A stretch of 62,247 nt of DNA, counting the filler, from Sphacelaria rigidula (taxonomy: Eukaryota): assembly GCA_964200075.2 (NCBI GenBank). It is 7 parts of 7 records of this genome, joined end to end, with 100 filler letters (N's around TTAATTAATTAA, not from the genome) between each part and the next. Parts side by side here need not be neighbours in the genome. Positions count along the whole stretch, not along the records: positions 44,536 to 53,341 come from CAXNAA020010047.1; positions 53,442 to 62,247 come from CAXNAA020010048.1; 5 more parts are not named here. The stretch is one strand, 5' to 3'. Below, piece after piece: positions 48,754-59,899 of this stretch; within the stretch, counting starts at the first letter, position 1; every line of letters starts with the position of its first letter. A program made the translations under genes and the position numbers. The notes beneath the pieces were generated by a model that saw only the letters and a list, made by a program, of their open reading frames with translations, had not been told where the DNA came from and did no database searches.

Positions 48754-51131
48754 GTTTTCACTTCGTACTGACAAGCATGTACGAAACGATACACGACGCT
48801 GCTACGCGGACCACACGAGAAAGGAATTGTTTGTACTGGAATTCGTCCCCAGAATAATATACTTGGTGGTGTAGACTGGCGCCCAGAATAGATGGGATGA
48901 CAACACACAACCCACATACTTTGGGGTTTACTCTACAGGACAGACAGTACAGTAAGTTACATGGCGTTGTCGAGGTTTGACACGCACTATTGACTACTGT
49001 GCACATATACTTCATCAGGCGCCCTCGCTATTTTGAACCAGCAGTTACTCGTAGTTGAGTTAGTGATGACGCTTGACATCAGGTGCATGGAAAAATGTCG
49101 CGTGCTCGTGTGATTTTGCTGCCCGTGAAGCCTATGGTGCGTGATCCGTGAGTTCGAAATCCTTCAGTTTCGCGCACATGCACCCATCGCCTACTGTACT
49201 GTTGTGTGTGTCGTTTCACACAGTCCTGTCTTGGCACTTGGCTCGTGCCTTTCCTGTTTGAATCAGAACACGATGGAGTTGATGGGACGCAGAGAGTAGT
49301 AGCCTGCGAGGAAACAGTGGAGTGTAGTGCTGTAAACCCAAGGTCTCTAGATTTGGGTGTATCACCTGGTCGCAACGAGTACCAAACCTCACCTCCAGCT
49401 CGAGTTCGACATCACCTGCATCAAATACATCAAATAAACTACCCTGTATTTTCGTTTGGTCAAAAGCCCTCTCTGACCCGAGGGAGAGACTATTGCACCG
49501 TTTATTCGTTGCTGCACTGCGTATCTCTGTTGTCTGTCTCATCCTGTTGATGCAATCGGTGATGGGCATCGCGAGCAACTACTGTAACGATGGTGAAAAA
49601 TGTTGGCGATGCGTTTCGTGTTCAGAGTACCCCATCATCCTGATGCGAAATTTGCGACTGGGGGCAACCATCCACAGAAATATCGAATGGCCTATCATGT
49701 ATTTCGGCAAAATTACTCCGACTGAGGACTTGACTTTGCTGGCGACGGGTATCAGCCGTTTCAAAATACTCGACATGTGTGAAGCGCGTTGATGACGCAC
49801 GCATACAGTTTTGTTGACAACACGCTGCCTGGGGTCCACCTCTTCGACGAGCGCGACTGATTCTCTCGATTGACGTATGAAGGAGTATGGCGTTAACCCT
49901 TCGACTACCAAAAATGTCCGCGTGTAAAATCGGCATTTTATTGAGGTCGAAGAAGGCTGGAAATGATGCCAACTCAATAAATGGACTGACTCCTCCGGTC
50001 GTCAAAAGTTCGAATATATAATTTTTGTCCGATGTCACACGCTGGGCGATGTTTGATGCTTGACTTTTGACGGCAGTAGATTTTTGTCACTACTTAACCC
50101 TTAGACCGCTTGGGTAGTCTACCTGGATCATGCATACTATTTTCCATTGGAATTGATGCCGATTCAACAGTTGACCTACTCTCGCTGTCTAGGGGTTCAA
50201 GAGTGTACACATATCACAATCTCAAGTATATTCGGCTCGACTTTGGGCTCGATTTTGTCAAGAGCAGCGTCGTCGGATAGTTGTCAAGACGGATACTGGC
50301 TGATGCGGGCAATACTGAAGGTGCATTCATGTGACTTGTACGCACGGTAGGAACGAGCGCGAAGGATGCAGAATGTCGCTTGTGTTTCACATCAACCAGA
50401 GGACTGTCTGCACCCACATACTTACAGTACCGGGCACGTGTACTGCACTGACTGTGCACGGTGCTGTGGGGCGGCCTGTGCTGAATGCTACGATGAAGCA
50501 CTTGTACCATCATGGGTCCTGCCTTTTTGCTGTGCGATACAACCGATCGAGAAAGTACCCGGGTGTAACATACCTCTATTGAAGTAGAGTTTGGTGACAC
50601 CCGATGGGATTGCGGCTCCTTCATCTACCAAAAAACTGTGCCACTGTGTTCAGGTCTCCCGCTCCCCATACAAGGGGCGAAGCGCTAGTCCTAGTCTGGG
50701 CGGGAAGTATACTTGTTGATTTCTTTTCCCTCTGCCGTACACAGACGGACGGTATGTGACACTGTAACTCAGTTTGGCTATAGTACTGTTATCCTGTCGT
50801 GGTGAGGTGGTGTATGTCGTCTGCAAGAGCAAACTGGTGTCCTCCTACATTGACCCGATGCTGGCAACGGTAGCTCCTTGCATGACAAATTAACTGCTTG
50901 CGGTTGGGAGTGCAGCTTACCTCGAGTTCTACATGTTGACATATAGCTGCTATTGTGGACAGTGTCAACGGTCTGTCTCTTTCGTGACCGGAATGCACCC
51001 AGAAGGAGAAGCAAGAACTGTTTGAGAAATAGCGTCTCGATCAATTCTTCACGACTCGTTGTGCCCACATGCGTGTCGAAGTAAAATTTCGGAGATTTCT
51101 TTAAGTCATTTGTACCGATAGTCGGATATGA

Positions 51132-51204
51132 GCCGGCTTAGCTCAGTGGTAGTAGCGGCACCTTCGTAAGGTGTAGGTCGAGAGTTCAATCCTCTCAGTC
51201 GGCT
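51132..51204 (+). tRNA. tRNA-Thr: tRNA-Thr(CGT)
   Basis: Acceptor GCCGGCT/AGTCGGC, anticodon arm GCACC-TTCGTAA-GGTGT, T arm GAGAG-TTCAATC-CTCTC, with TTTT just downstream. Confidence 0.93.
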
Positions 51205-51738
51205 TGCTATTTTGCCACCGCGGGGGGGGTGGTTTTAATTGATCAACCAAGTACTGTTTTTTTTCAACTTGAGTTGAGGCCGACCCAACGACCCAACCGA
51301 TGACGTGTGCTGGCTGGTAAAGGGTTGACCCTTTGCTTTGATTGTGAACATGAGGTCATCTGTTGCATCCGCATCTCATTAATTTCACTTGAAGGACGAG
51401 TTGGTGGTCAGATTACCTACCCTCCTGCTCAAAGGGTCAAGAGATACAAACCCTTGAGACCTGGTGTGAGAGATCTTATCTTCGATGCACCTTCCCCTTT
51501 TTTTCATAACTTTTCCCCGAAAAATGGATTCCCTTTTCCTGACTTGTCCCTAGCGTCTTACACAAATGAATAACGAGGAGATATTCGAGCGCCACTATGA
51601 TTGTCGGAGATATGGGTTATCAGTCTGGAATTGACCTTTTGCATGACTTGGTGAAAAAATCTGCTCTCACACTTTTTTTAGTAGATCCCCCCCCCCCCCG
51701 TAAAATTCGGACACTGGAAAAATTAACCCACTACTCGT

Positions 51739-52116
51739 CATAGCTCGGAAATGGTTTGTCTAACCACTAACCAGTTGAAAGGTTACGCTTAGCGCACTCA
51801 TTAACCAGTAAAATGATACATGATGGTTTGGTCATCGAGCAGCGCAGCCGCGAGCCAAAAAGCCCCCCACCCGGCAAAGGGGGCCTCGCTGGAGGCGCCG
51901 TGCCGGGGAACACGTTTTTACGCGATTTGACTTCGTTAGAGCTGAAGTATACGTTGAATTTGGGCCAATTTTCAATGGCCGTATGTAGCATACGTAGCCG
52001 GTAATGATGAATATTGGTTTGAAACCATTATCCAAAGTCTTCATATTATAACCATCACCATTATTACCATAATAATAATAATAGCCTGTTATAACTGGTA
52101 CCATTTCCGAGCTCTA
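51739..52116. mobile_element. hAT-type MITE family M8 with 8-bp TSD
   Basis: CATAGCTCGGAAATGGT / ACCATTTCCGAGCTCTA. CTACTCGT is duplicated at 51731-51738 and 52117-52124. Confidence 0.92.
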
Positions 52117-52153
52117 CTACTCGTAGTTATTCCCCGAAGTCAGGGTGCCATTT

Positions 52154-52238
52154 CCCCCCCCCATGCTCCGTCTTGAAAGGGATGCGTGGTCAATGGTCAA
52201 ACGACTAAGGCAAGCAACAAATGAGTACGTCCCCCCCC
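52154..52238 (+). mobile_element. Short poly-C-associated retroposon end (subfamily B)
   Basis: (C)9ATGCTCCGTCTTGAAAGGGATGCGTGGTCAATGGTCAAACGACTAAGGCAAGCAACAAATGAGTACGT(C)7, with C-runs on both sides. Confidence 0.85.
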
Positions 52239-52739
52239 TCCAAATATTCAGAAATTCTCCCTTTTTCATCAGGTTGAAAACGAGTTTAAACTGTCACAGC
52301 TGAATCTCATCGACGCACACGAACTTGGCCGTGATCCGTACATTCCTTGTGAAGACTCGAGGATGGAGATATTATCGCGCGCTGGATGCTTTGCGTACGT
52401 GGCGAGTAAACCCCAAGGACTTGGAGATATCCCGATCTTCATACTTGAACGGAATCACCATAGTCGGCGGATGCCGTTGTTATTTGGTGTAAATATTACA
52501 CGGAGAAAATATCAAAATATCGATACCCTCACTTTCACCTGACTTGTTCTCTATCGAGATATGGCGCGCATGGGGTACTGAACTAAATGCAATTTATTGC
52601 ACGGCATGCAAGGGCGCACAAAAAATATATATTTTGGACCCACACCCCTTTTTTTACATTTGGGACCGATTAGGGGGTGGGTGGGGGGTGGTATCTGCCG
52701 TTTACATACTAAATCCTATACAACTCAAGGACAAATTAC

Positions 52740-53270
52740 TTGGTTTTAGGCTGGAACCTTGGTCAGTGACTGCTGACCGGGCATATTCCCATCACGGCAA
52801 CCATTTGTATAGAGCACAGAGCCAAGCAGAAGCAGCAAGAACACACAAACAGCCAGCGGTCTACGCCGCGCTGTGTGGGTGAATATCTACCGCCTGGTGC
52901 GTTGCCTCATGATGCCCCATGTGCAATCTATTCATGAAACCTTGGAGACAATAGACAACGTCGCCGGGGCCGAAGTGACTCAAGTGTGGCTTGGCCTGAC
53001 TAGAGTTCAGCACCCGAACCAGCTTGGATTGAAAAATGCGTCGAGATTGGGCGAGAACGAAAAATTGAAACCGTCGAAAACGTAGTAGATTTCTTCTAGC
53101 GGCTTCACATCTATAAGTAGCAGCGGTCGGTGGCGTAGTAAAAAGTGGATGTGGGTCGAGACTGGTTAAGTTAGGGAAGTCGAAACGAGGTAGGGCAAGG
53201 TAGGGGGACGGTTGCGACGAACCCCAAACAAACTCATGTTCCGTCCCTGACCGCAGCGACCACTGCAACG
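52740..53270 (-). mobile_element. Decayed Ty3/gypsy RT-RNase H region
   Basis: EFVWGSSQ...LTSLDP...RVLNSSQAK...VVYCLQGF resembles the gypsy pattern FxW..Q..F..LK..LTS / SRxLxxxExxY / AVVxALxxF. Confidence 0.45.
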
Positions 53271-53341
53271 GCCGCCCAACCTAGTTGGTAGCTGAGGTGG
53301 GGTATGTAGCCGGAGGATCTGCGTGATCATTGTCATGGGCT

Positions 53342-53441
53342 NNNNNNNNNNNNNNNNNNNNNNNNNNNNNNNNNNNNNNNNNNNNTTAATTAATTAANNN
53401 NNNNNNNNNNNNNNNNNNNNNNNNNNNNNNNNNNNNNNNNN
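53342..53441. other. Artificial contig spacer
   Basis: N44-TTAATTAATTAA-N44. Confidence 0.99.
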
Positions 53442-53596
53442 AAAAACAAATCGGTAACCTGGTTGCCTAGCTTACGCAGTGAGTGGCGTGTTTTACAGCG
53501 TCATCGCCAACCGACGCCAACCTCATAGGGAGTCCGTCCCTACAAAGACGGGACAAAGCACGCCGGGTTCTCGCCGGATCAGGTTTATGAAACGGA

Positions 53597-53637
53597 GGGG
53601 GTGTACTCATGATCTTGCATGCATGAGACCATTGACC
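53597..53637 (-). mobile_element. Short poly-C-associated retroposon end (subfamily A) with TSD
   Basis: GGGGGTGTACTCATGATCTTGCATGCATGAGACCATTGACC, with TATGAAACGG on both sides (53586 and 53638). A separate piece from further 5' in the family lies at 53539-53580. Confidence 0.8.
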
Positions 53638-55657
53638 TATGAAACGGGGGACGGGGGGGAGGGGACACGGGGATGGTAACCTTCAAATTTCTCATGTGCA
53701 TCACTCCCAAGATTCTTCCCCATTTTTTTTTAATCGTAACTATCGGACGGCGACGAGTGAGAAGATGACACAGGTATCGTTGTTTTCGCCTTGATGTCAG
53801 CTACATGCCCTCCAATTTTTAGCGCAATCGAACGAGAGGTCGGGTACCTTGTTTATTGTACCACACCGCCACCGACGGTTACCGCCATCAGGTCGCTTTT
53901 GGTGTCCCAGGATAGTGTGACTTGGTGAAAGTGCCTGGACGAACGATCAGAGTGCGCAGTGCACCCCAGGCTGGCTGAAAGAATGCGGTGAACCTGAATT
54001 TTTTGCTGCGGTTTGTTTTTTTTGCGCCGGGGACAGTTGGGATCGAGTAGTAGTGGGACTAGCCTGTATCTTGGCGCAGCGTACGTTTCATCTGGCGGCG
54101 TTGGCTACGTGCAGTGCTCCGATATATCTCCCTCTGACCTGTACCTGTATGGGGGCTACTTTCCCTCAAGTATGCATGATCCGTGTCGTTTGCCCGTAGA
54201 AGGAACGATCAACACAAATCTTACAGGACACCTTGCCGTTGTGGAGAAACAAATCTCTGGGGCAGCCTACAGTCATCACACAGCAAATCACTGCGTGCCT
54301 TCTAGTCTGGGTAAGACAAGATAGACTCACGTTGCTGGCAGCAATTCAACTCTCTAACTCGATACTTTCCCTAGCGTATAGCAAGCTGGTACTAGCCCAG
54401 TGTGGGAGGAGGTTCATCAGTGAGCAAGTTGAGGGGGAAAGATGATGCACCTCGGGAAAGGACCACATCATAAACGACAACGTGGCATTATTTCCTCGGA
54501 GCTTTGGGGTGAAGGTCTGAGATTTACTTTTGAAGGTCTCATAAATATATCTGTCCGCAGGTGAAAAACCCAAACACCGCCTCAAAGCCTTCATAGCACA
54601 GTTCGAATATGCACCATCAGGTGAGGGTGCTTTGCGCAACTTATTTTCGTCAAATCAACAATCAAGTGCTAGGAAACCGAACTGTCACATTTCAAGTCAC
54701 AAGGCGTACTATTACAGCACAAGGTATCTTCAACAGAAACATAGGGGTTGCTCTGGACGATGACAGAATATTTCGATGAAATCGACGACCTGCGCGAGTG
54801 CTGGGTATAATGCTCCGTTGGTGAAGCGCAGGGTAAATGGCGGATTGAGAAGATTTGATGCCTTGAGACGACGGAGTGCGGGGCGGGGTGGTCTACGGTA
54901 GGGTGAGAATGAGGGTTAAAAACACCAGAACATTACGCTGTTTTTTTACAATGACGTACATGGGCGCTACTCCCCTTCGCCTCCGCCCTCCTTCTGTCTA
55001 CCCAAAAGGGGCAGTCCCACATGCGGGGACACCTGCCGCCTCGACACACGCAATCGCTCTCGTCGCTCCCACCTATTGCCCACGCGTCCTTGTAAGTTGC
55101 CTCCAGCTCTTGCTGCTCCAGTTTCCTCGCGGCATCTGCCGTTACATGAATTACACCCGTTGCAGTGGGTGGCATTGTTTCAGGTGATTCACCCAGACAG
55201 CGAACGAGGCAGCCTGCCCATGCACCCTGACAAAAGCTCGCCATTCCAAAGGTTCGCAGGATTCGGACTTGACTCCTTGAACGCCCGGGTCCGTAATTGG
55301 ATGCTTAATTGGATGCTGAAAGGACAATCTTCAGGGGGATCCGGAAAAGTCGTTTTGGTGAAGAAAAAAAACGCCACCGACATAAAAAAAGGCTGTTGCC
55401 ACGCATATGCCGCGCGTCACAGTTTCATTACACAAGTCACGATCAGCAGTGCTTCGCCGTTTTCGAGCGTCAGAAAATTCATCGCGCCAACACTAGTGCA
55501 TGAATGTGGTCAACACAAGTAACAGCTGTTGCTGCACAGCTGAACGACGCAGCGCATTAAGCGCAGGGTGTACGAGCTGTAGGCGGTGCGCGAGGGTGTG
55601 GTTGGGTGATGTTTCGATTTTGTCCCTGAGCTATGTGAAAGACCCTCCCTCATCAAC

Positions 55658-55758
55658 CCCTGGTCCGGGGAGGACACGGCGTGCTCCGTCCCGGCTATGT
55701 AGGGATGCGAGCTCAAGCTCACATTACTCCAGCATGCAAGATCATGAGTACACCCCCC
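55658..55758 (+). mobile_element. Diverged longer copy of the poly-C-associated retroposon end (subfamily A)
   Basis: TGGTCCGGGGAGGACACGGCGTGCTCCGTCCCGGCTATGTAGGGATGCGAG...GCATGCAAGATCATGAGTACACCCCCC aligns with the reverse complement of 37024-37125. Confidence 0.75.
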
Positions 55759-56774
55759 ACCCCCACCCCGCTCCCCCCAGCTACCCCCCCAGCTACCGTA
55801 GCTGGATAAGCACAAGTTGACACACGAACCAGCAACGCGCATGGAACTTTCAGCGGCGAGCTTGTCCACCTCACAAACCCCAGCCGCCCGCAACTTCGCC
55901 GCCAGCAGTTGGATTTTTGTCAATGAACGCTTCGCCGACAACCATGGTGGGTAGTAATGGTGAGGCGGGGGTAGTCATCACCTCATGACGTTTGAGTCAA
56001 AGATTATCCACGGCTGAATGATACACGGAGGGCAAACAAGATCCACTCGCCTCGCTCAACCATGGCATAATGCTGCTGAATCCCCCCATTTGCCTGTTTT
56101 CTTACTTCGAATAACTTCTGCAAAGCGCCCATGTCCTCCTGGTGTCCACATATGCCTACGAAAACCATGCTTGAAAATTAGTGGGACTATCAGCGGAAAC
56201 AATATCGAATCAGGATCCCAGGACGGTCAAGCGGTCAAGTTGTAAGCACTTGTTTCAATAAGATTATTGAACATGACCAGTCCACATAGAGTACTTACCA
56301 GAAGATTCAAGTTCCAAAGAACAAACCCTGACGTCCCCGAAAAGCAAGCTGGAAACGCTCTCAGCCTGGTCATGCCGTTGCCATTCAAGCGTCGTCCCAC
56401 CTACAGAGTTTGCAGCACATGTGAGCATTTCCATCTCGAATCATACCAGGCGTCGAGTGGTTCTGTGAGCGTTGAAAACAACGACGTACGACTAGGCACT
56501 GCTACCGCAGAACCTCTACCTGGAGTGTGAGCCCTCCGCTATACTGTACAAGCTGGCTTCGCGTGAAAACGGATTGAAGCTCTCAGGCCGTGTCTTCTCC
56601 ATTTGTTTTTGACTCGAATGAGGTCGTGCGGCAGAATTGATTCAGTTTGTATCGCTGCGTTTGGGTCCGAGCGAATTTGCACAATTTGGATCGAAAAAGC
56701 TAAGCGAAATTCGCGAAGCGGTACTTGTTTACTTGTATTCAATCCAGACAACAGTACGGACAGTACAGACAGTA

Positions 56775-57085
56775 CCGTTAGTGTGTGTTTTGTACAGTAT
56801 GCAGGCGCGATGTGGAAAAAAAGCGGGGAACATGACATACAGACAGCAGACAGCAGACCTGTCTGTACTCTCTGCATAGAGGAGGATGTGAAGAAGATTT
56901 TGAAACCGCGTGCGGATTTGCACTGCCTCTACTGTCCATGAGCGTGTTAGCAACTCCGTCGTCCACCTCAACACACAACTCCGTCGGTGGACCTCACCAC
57001 TGAACTATATGCCCAAGTTTTCGCCGACGAAAAAGTAACACATCATGCCGAAAGGGTGGTGGTGTCGGTTACCCATCACTGCAGT
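56775..57085 (+). repeat. Dispersed repeat family R2, copy 2
   Basis: Colinear with 8160-8482. Confidence 0.85.
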
Positions 57086-57644
57086 CTACGTATAAAAGTT
57101 AAGCTTTTCTACTTTTCATCTTGCCCGTCGCGCGCAAATAATTATAAAATGGACTTGAGGCCATCTGAATACATAAACGCCGTGGACGTATGAGATACGA
57201 GCTGATTACGACCATTTCGATTCAACCGCATGTTTGCGAGTTGATTTTATTTTATTTTATTAAGATACGGCCTCACAGCCGTATCTCATCGACACGGACG
57301 AATAGGGTCGTGATCCTCATGTTGGATCAAACGTCTAATCAAGGGGAATATGCTCATCTGCCCAAAGCCTGAGCCAATTTCTTCTCGTTGGTTAAACGCC
57401 ATGTCGAAAACTTCCTGTACCGTAGGGAGATAGGGTCTGTACCGAAGTCTACAGGAAAACCCCAAAAGTATGTACAGCGGGTGACCTTTGGCGTGAACAT
57501 TCCCTGGAGTACGGGGATACGATGAATACCCTTACCTTCACACCATTCGCCAACTATCTGGAGATATGGCGCACACAATATCCCAAGCTAAACTCGATAG
57601 CTTCCGCGTAGAAACACCAAACGCATCAAAAGTAGATTTCGCGT

Positions 57645-58123
57645 CTCAGACCGACTCTAATGGGAGCCGTTCAAAAATCCTGTTGAAAACTGCCTTTTGG
57701 GTCCTTTTCCGTCGTTTTACGCCCGTGAAGAGAGCTAGGCGGATGTTGGCACCTTGGAATGACTTGCTCTACTCGTTGAGACTGTTCCAGGACAACTTTG
57801 CACTTCCCGCTGGGCGCAGATTTATTCTTGGCCAAACTTGCACGTTCAATAAAAAACAAACGGCCAAGTGATCGAAAAACAGGGGGAACACTCCCAGTAT
57901 TTTGATCACTTGACTATTCTTCATTGAAAGTGTTTGGCAAAAACAAAACTGCGGGTAGCGGGAAATGCAAAGTTGCCCTGGAACGGTCTCAAAGAGTACA
58001 GTAAGTCATTCCAAGGCGTCAACATTCGCCTAGCTCTCTTTTCGGGCGTAAAACAACGGAGAGGGGCCCAAAAGGCAGTTTTCAACAGGAGTCTTGAACG
58101 GCTCCCAATAGAGTCGGCCTCAG
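57645..58123. repeat. Long imperfect palindrome (about 480 bp foldback)
   Basis: The arms are reverse complements; the ORF track shows the same peptide, LLKTAFW...RARRMLxPWNDLLYSLR, on both strands. Pairing continues to a few-base loop near 57888. Confidence 0.9.
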
Positions 58124-59330
58124 TTTTGAGAGTCGTGCTTTGAAATTTGTTATGAAGCATCGCAAGTGCAACATAAAAACAAAACGTTCAGGACCTTGGG
58201 ATTTCTTTCATGAGTTAACGACGTTGTTGTGAAAAAAAGTGCGTTGTCTTTGGCCTTAGATTGGTTTGACCGCTCATCTTTTAGAGTTATAACTTGAAAT
58301 TGAGTATGGAGAGTCGCAAGGGCATGCTGGAAACAAAACAAAAGTGGGCCTTCATTTGTTTTTCGTGCATTAAGGAAGTTCTCGTGGAAAGTTAATAATT
58401 TTACCCACTACAGATCTCCAACTCATGAAAAAAATAAGAAATCAACACGTCCATTTTTTTCCTTGTATGCCCCAGCGATTTTCCACCCAAAATGCCAAAG
58501 CACAAGTACCAAAACCGGACATGTAAAGGGCCTGCCAAGTGCTGTTCAAAATCTCGACCGGTCCATGCTCTAGGTTACCCATTCTCACCTCAATTTTGAG
58601 AGTTGGACTTTCAAATTTGGTATGGAGAATCAACAGGACATGATGAAAAAAAAGGCTTTGGGACGTTGATTTTGTTTTCATGACTTGGGGACGTTGAAGT
58701 GAAAACTGGATCTTGTTGTTGCCTTTGACCCCTAGACGGCGACCCCCAGCAGGTAGACTGAAATAGACTATGCCACAATTGGGGTTGAGAGCAGTTTTTC
58801 TCTCGCTACACAAAACGCCTTTTCCCCATATTCATGTGGATGTTGGGAATCGCCATAGAAAGTAGTATCGGAGAACCCCTGACCGGTTTCGACCGTGCAG
58901 TCTTTGTCGTGAAGTCAGTATGCGTGTTGCATGTCTTCGCTGGGTACAAAAACAAGAAACGAGACGGTCAGCGTGCCGTCGCTCTTCACTGAACACAATC
59001 TACTGCATGCTGCTGATGTCTCTGGTTATTGTTCCACAACGACACTAAAGACAGTGTGAAGCGATGCTGGTAACACATGAGGGGTCAGGCAGACGGCACA
59101 TATCACGAGCAGAGTGCAAAGCACGTTATTTGTACCCATGTAATCTACGGTTGAATTATCGTGACCGAAATGAAAGATACGTCTAAACAGCGAAGTAGTC
59201 CCCCTGTAGTCCACGTGAAGGGGAACAAAGTGACAATTTTGACAGTCGCGATTGGTCAGAATGGTTACTCAGCTCCTTGAGGGGCTCGTTCCTGCCTTAC
59301 ATTTTTTCTTGGGAAGCTTCCAAACACACA

Positions 59331-59632
59331 TAACAATGTTTTGGTGAGATTGAGAGTAGAGGATACGATTGAGAGTGAAAAGCGCTCGACTAGTGAATTA
59401 ATCGTTTCAGTTCAGAAATGCCCCTCCACGACGCCCGATGTGCTTTCTGTAGCAGCTCGCCACTGAGGCCCTCGATATCCCTGATTAGGATATCGCCGTG
59501 TGGCTGTGAGCACACGCCAGTGATGGAGGCGAACAAAAGCATAAACGGAATGAAAAATTGGCCAAGTTAAAGCAAATGATCAAAGCCACTCTCAATCAGC
59601 GCTCTACTCTCAATCTCACGAAAATGTTGTTA
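59331..59632. mobile_element. MITE family M2, copy 2
   Basis: TAACAATGTTTTGGTGAGATTGAGAG / CTCTCAATCTCACGAAAATGTTGTTA; reverse complement of 16345-16641. Confidence 0.9.
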
Positions 59633-59899
59633 CATGGCTGACTTCGTGAGCTTTTCGGCTGTTCTGCGAACAGTCCTCATCCCACTATCAAAATACCACC
59701 CCCCCCCCCGCCTCCTGGAAACCCGCTGATGTCACTGGACTGTCAGCCTGTGAAACTATTCCGAGGCGACGCTTGCTGTCTACGGGTTAACTCACGAAAA
59801 GACAAAAATCTTGACGTTCCAAATTTGTCTCAACACTCGTGTTTCATTATGCCCTGTTGATACTCCATACCAAATTTGAAATTTCAACTCTCAAAACTG

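Noticed and set aside
48289-48917. Poly-S/A/T/C/L ORFs
   Set aside because: Open only because trinucleotide repeats lack stops.
49200-50640. Protein-like fragments including a Cys-rich stretch
   Set aside because: Broken frames on both strands with no motif I can assign confidently; needs a translated HMM search.
8853-53397. TTAATTAATTAA recurring every 8.9 kb
   Set aside because: Assembly linker embedded in N runs, not biological periodicity.
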